NCBI GenBank assembly: GCA_964019425.1
Contig: OZ025796.1
Span: 1,178,001 to 1,242,000 of the forward strand
Origin: Flectonema sp. DT1601
Taxonomy: Eukaryota
DNA length: 64,000 nt
Reading direction: 5' to 3'
In this document: positions 60,112-64,000 of the stretch, one piece after another
How the letters are laid out: each line of letters starts with the position of its first letter
How positions within the stretch are numbered: position 1 is the stretch's first letter
Translations under genes and position numbers: made by a program
The notes under the pieces: generated by a model
The model's database searches: none
What the model saw: only the letters and a program-made list of their open reading frames with translations
What the model was told of the DNA's origin: nothing

Positions 60112-61206
60112 ATGAGCGTCGAAAAACAGGTGCTCCTCGCGGGCACTAAGGTAATGTACCCGTTAGTAGGTTTGGGTACTTGGAAGTCACCAGCTGGTAA
60201 AACTGGTGAAGCAGTGAAAGCCGCAGTCCGAGCTGGGTACAGAATGATTGACACAGCAAACGACTACAACAACGAACACGAGATTGGAATTGCTCTCAAA
60301 GAACTCTTCGATGCTGGGGAGGTAAAGAGAGAGGAGCTATTTATCCAGTCGAAGTTGTGGAATGCAAACCACCGGCCGCAGAATGCAGAGAAAGACTTAC
60401 ACGCGACACTAAAAGATCTACAAATTGACTACCTCGACGCTTACTTGATACATTGGCCAATGGCTTGTCCTGCTCTTCCAGATGGAAGCCGTCACGGGGT
60501 TAGAGAATCTGGTGCCGCGCCAGGTCTTTACTCTGATGAACGTCCTGGTGGAGGCTGTTGGATGTTTCCACTTGATGATGAAGGAAAGTACTGTTCTGAT
60601 AACGATCATCATTACACTACTACTTGGAAATGGATGGAAACACAAGTTGAGAAGAAACTAGTCCGTTCTATTGGTGTTTGTAACTTCAACAAACGTCAGC
60701 TTACAGAACTTCTTAATATAGCAACTGTCCCCGTGTCGATAGTTCAGAATGAAATTCATCCTTACAATCAACAAAAAGATTATATCGATTTCTGTAAACA
60801 CAACAAAGTTCTGGTCCAAGCATTCTCACCACTCGGGTCATCAGACCGTCCTAGTTGTTACAGAAAGACTGATGACCCTCCGAGTGTGATGGAGAATTCT
60901 GTTATTACAGCTATTGCTGAAGAGTTAGGAAGGACTCCTGCTCAAGTTATTGTCAGATGGCATCTTCAAAGAGGTGTTTCTTGTGTACCGAAATCAATTA
61001 CTCCGTCGAGAGTGGAATCGAACTACAAAGTCTGGGATTTTGAACTCAACCGTGAACACATGGACAAGATTGGTGATCTTAATATCGGATGGCACTTCTT
61101 ACTTTGGGAAGACACTTCAATGCACCCTGACTACCCTTTCAGAGATGAGATTCCCCCAAACTTCAAACCTGGTAAGGCACCACTTGCTACGACTACTGCT
61201 TCTTAG
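60112..61206 (+). CDS. Aldo-keto reductase
   Basis: GLGTW, GYRMIDTANDY, SKLW, LDAYLIHWP, RSIGVCNF, QNEIHPY, AFSPLG and PKS. Confidence 0.95.
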   Translation: MSVEKQVLLAGTKVMYPLVGLGTWKSPAGKTGEAVKAAVRAGYRMIDTANDYNNEHEIGIALKELFDAGEVKREELFIQSKLWNANHRPQNAEKDLHATLKDLQIDYLDAYLIHWPMACPALPDGSRHGVRESGAAPGLYSDERPGGGCWMFPLDDEGKYCSDNDHHYTTTWKWMETQVEKKLVRSIGVCNFNKRQLTELLNIATVPVSIVQNEIHPYNQQKDYIDFCKHNKVLVQAFSPLGSSDRPSCYRKTDDPPSVMENSVITAIAEELGRTPAQVIVRWHLQRGVSCVPKSITPSRVESNYKVWDFELNREHMDKIGDLNIGWHFLLWEDTSMHPDYPFRDEIPPNFKPGKAPLATTTAS

Positions 61207-61669
61207 GAATTTAAAATTTAAAAAAAAAAAAAAAAAAAAATGAAAATGTTTTTATTTTATTTTTTCGTGCATTTCATTATTTTTTGTGAAAAGAAAAGAA
61301 AAGAAAACTTGAAAGCAATGTTTTATAGAACAGAGTCCAACAGCTGTGATTCTGACACTACACAACCACAGCCGACCGCAGTTGTACCTACTCACGGTTG
61401 GGAAGAGTAGCAGCCATCGTGTGTCATAAGAAGGATGTCTTTATTTATGTTTCAAATATTACACACCGATTGTCAGTATTCACATTTATGAGAGATATGA
61501 CTTTTCCGTGTCCCTGCTTCGTACGATGACAACAAAAGAATAAAAAATAAAAATAAAAAAAAATAAATTCATTCCTTTCCTAATTATATGGAACTAGGTA
61601 ATACTCTGAGGAAAGACAGATTTGAAGTCTTTTTGCTATGCTTTTGTGGGAATTTGAAGGGAGAAGGGG

Positions 61670-61705
<36 letters not shown>

Positions 61706-62228
61706 CAAGAAAACAACAACGAAAAACCTTAACACTCACACTCGCTATTTTAAACATGTTCACATTCCGATCCAGAGAAAGTATTTATGATTACAGTAAT
61801 TATCAATAATATGGGTGTATGGAAAACTTGGAATATAACAATTTCGTAAATAAAAGAAGATAGTCAATTCTCGGGATCCGTTGGGTTGGATAGTAGGCTC
61901 GACTGCGAACAAGTAAAAACGTTTTGTGTGTGTCCGTAAAGGGGTTTTTCTGATTTCCGACTGGCAGCGCCAAGCCCTATGCAGGTGATTCTTTAACTCC
62001 ATTATACTTCACCCCTCAGGAATTACCGAACAAGATCAAAAGGCTCAATTATATATTTTTTTTTTCAGACTTTTATCCTAAACCCTGTCACCATTTAGTA
62101 ATGTAACGAGGGTTTGAAGAAAAAAAAAAAAGATGAATTATTATTTTCATTTTATTGCTTAAAGAGTGTTACCACTACCTCATCATAACAACAATTGTAT
62201 TTCGAAGTAAAAAGAGACAACACAAAAA

Positions 62229-63410
62229 ATGACTGCAGTCATCATCTCAATTATTATGACGTGTGCGGTCAGTCCTCCAGAAGTACCTCCGCAGTTTACT
62301 TCGAACGTCGAACAAATAACATCGTTCTCTAATGAAAAATGGATTTCTGGTTCTCTTGTATATGATCGATCTCATAGTAGACTTAAACTTTATTCATCAA
62401 ACTTAATGGGAGTAGCACCAGTGCAGTGGGAAGGAACACCTTTAGCATGGTCGAATTGGACCCAATGGACTGTTTCTGATGGTACGTATTACAGTGGGGA
62501 GGGTCAATATAGAAAGTTAATACCTGCTGATCAGTTTAATGACATGTTTTCATGGGTTGGTGGTTCTAGTTTTTCAGGTACGACAACCATTCGAAATATC
62601 ACAACTGATGTTTGGTCACTATTCTCTTCAACAAGTAGACTTCAATACTATGTCACACCAGCTGGGATTCCAATTCGTTATGTTGCGAATGCGTCATTTC
62701 CGTTTTTGCCTGGAACTCCACCAATATGGCAGAATACAACTATCGATTTCATGACGTACACGCCGGTAGCGAATCCTTCTGAATTTGCTGATTTTAATAA
62801 AAGTAAAGCATTGCATCCAACGCGATGCCCTCCACCTCAAGATCTGACTCCGATAGTACTCGACATGTACATCTTTCATCCGAGTCGTTATTACAACATA
62901 TCTGGTCAGGATACTGCTGATGCTGTTGGTGATGCTGCCTTTGTGTGCTTTGATTTTCTTAATAACAATACTAAAAATGATAATTATTCCGTTATATCAT
63001 TGTACAGTGTGGAAGTATACCCTCAATTCGGTCAATATAAACTCTGCAACCACTACAATCCTTCTGTTTGTATCGGTGATGAACCTATTCTTGTTGGGAG
63101 AGAAGGAGGTTTGTCATTCGGTGAGTTTGGAGGTCAGTGTACATCAAATAATCTGACTGGTAGTTGGTATTCTCTTCCTCCTGCTGGTTTATGTGTTAAT
63201 GACAGTAGGCCAACCTCTCCAGATGTATGCACCTGGAGGATAATTAAAAAAGTAAAAACGATTGACTCAAAATGTCTTACGCAACGAGGAATGCTTTCAG
63301 CTTGTTCTGAAGATGTCAGACTTCCGTATCCAAAAGCGACAAAAATTTTTGTAACCGCATTTAATGAAGATGATCCTTCTAAGGGAGGATGTCCTCCATA
63401 TTCTAACTGA
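62229..63410 (+). CDS. Secreted cysteine-rich protein, possibly ependymin-related fold at the N-terminus
   Basis: Hydrophobic N-terminus, PPQFT...GSLVYD pattern, many N-glycosylation sequons, Cys-rich C-terminal half. Family call is tentative. Confidence 0.65.
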   Translation: MTAVIISIIMTCAVSPPEVPPQFTSNVEQITSFSNEKWISGSLVYDRSHSRLKLYSSNLMGVAPVQWEGTPLAWSNWTQWTVSDGTYYSGEGQYRKLIPADQFNDMFSWVGGSSFSGTTTIRNITTDVWSLFSSTSRLQYYVTPAGIPIRYVANASFPFLPGTPPIWQNTTIDFMTYTPVANPSEFADFNKSKALHPTRCPPPQDLTPIVLDMYIFHPSRYYNISGQDTADAVGDAAFVCFDFLNNNTKNDNYSVISLYSVEVYPQFGQYKLCNHYNPSVCIGDEPILVGREGGLSFGEFGGQCTSNNLTGSWYSLPPAGLCVNDSRPTSPDVCTWRIIKKVKTIDSKCLTQRGMLSACSEDVRLPYPKATKIFVTAFNEDDPSKGGCPPYSN

Positions 63411-64000
63411 GGGAACTCTTTAACTTATTAACTTCTCTCTTTTCAGTTCTTTCTGTTGATCCTTTTTGACCAAACACTTAGACATGCGGTGTTGATGTGT
63501 AAGGTAGAATAGAGCTGATTGAAATCTCAATTTTTCCGTCACTGTCTTCCAAATGCTAGCGATAATTTGTATTCTTTTATCTTCGGTCCTCCAAAAGATT
63601 AATTCTGAAATCCTTCGAGGGTTCTTTGTGGTAAAACAATCCATCGTGTAGTTGTTATTGTTGATTTAATTTTTTTTTTTTTTTTTTGTCGTCTCTTTTC
63701 ATCATCTATTTTAGAAGAGACTAGAAAAAGTCATGTCTCCCCTTTCTTCCGTTACCTAGCCTGCTATGGAGGTATTTTTTTGTGTTTTAAACATTTTCAA
63801 TTGTTGGACTTGTAATCCTCTTATCCTGTTAGGGGATCGGGTTCGACATAAAGTCGGGCTTGCTAACTATAACTATAGTACTCCGATGGACATTAGGAAA
63901 TCAGTTTTTTATTGATAAATCTGTTATCTAACCTCCGATGTGGAGGTATTTTTGTATTTTAGTGGTACTTCAATCATAAGAACATATTCTTTTTGTAAAC

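Noticed and set aside
24874..62879. Minus-strand and alternate-frame ORFs overlapping the real genes, and poly-K/poly-F intergenic ORFs
   Set aside because: Shadows of coding sequence or homopolymer artefacts with no motifs.

Overview
AT-rich eukaryotic (protist) nuclear DNA in two parts. The left ~24 kb is a repeat domain: (i) 3.8 identical copies of a CpG-poor 1,540-bp tandem repeat; (ii) a ~120-bp palindrome-rich satellite with a ~400-bp higher-order module; (iii) inserted decayed DNA transposons (piggyBac with TTAA TSD, a Sola-like element, a foldback MULE with 9-bp TSD); (iv) a patchwork including a Polinton/Maverick-type pPolB fragment. The right ~40 kb holds 16 protein genes, all on the + strand, including purL, a signal-anchored TTLL, a DEAD-like helicase, Ser dehydratase, SLC5, LIG1, uL11m, PB1-MAP3K and AKR. 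It also has a third piggyBac copy, tRNA-Leu(UAG) on the - strand and candidate AGA-box snoRNAs. The unidirectional gene order, pyrimidine-tract AGs just upstream of ATGs and short GT-AG introns suggest a euglenozoan, probably a diplonemid (inference). Most notable is an apparently undescribed non-coding mobile family. Three very divergent versions (the 1,540-bp unit, the satellite module and a 691-bp insert in a piggyBac) share a fully covarying GGGC-N-stem-CAAAA-stem-CN-GYCC hairpin and end 23-26 nt after it. Two of them also share a covarying multi-helix core. All alignments and folds were done by eye.
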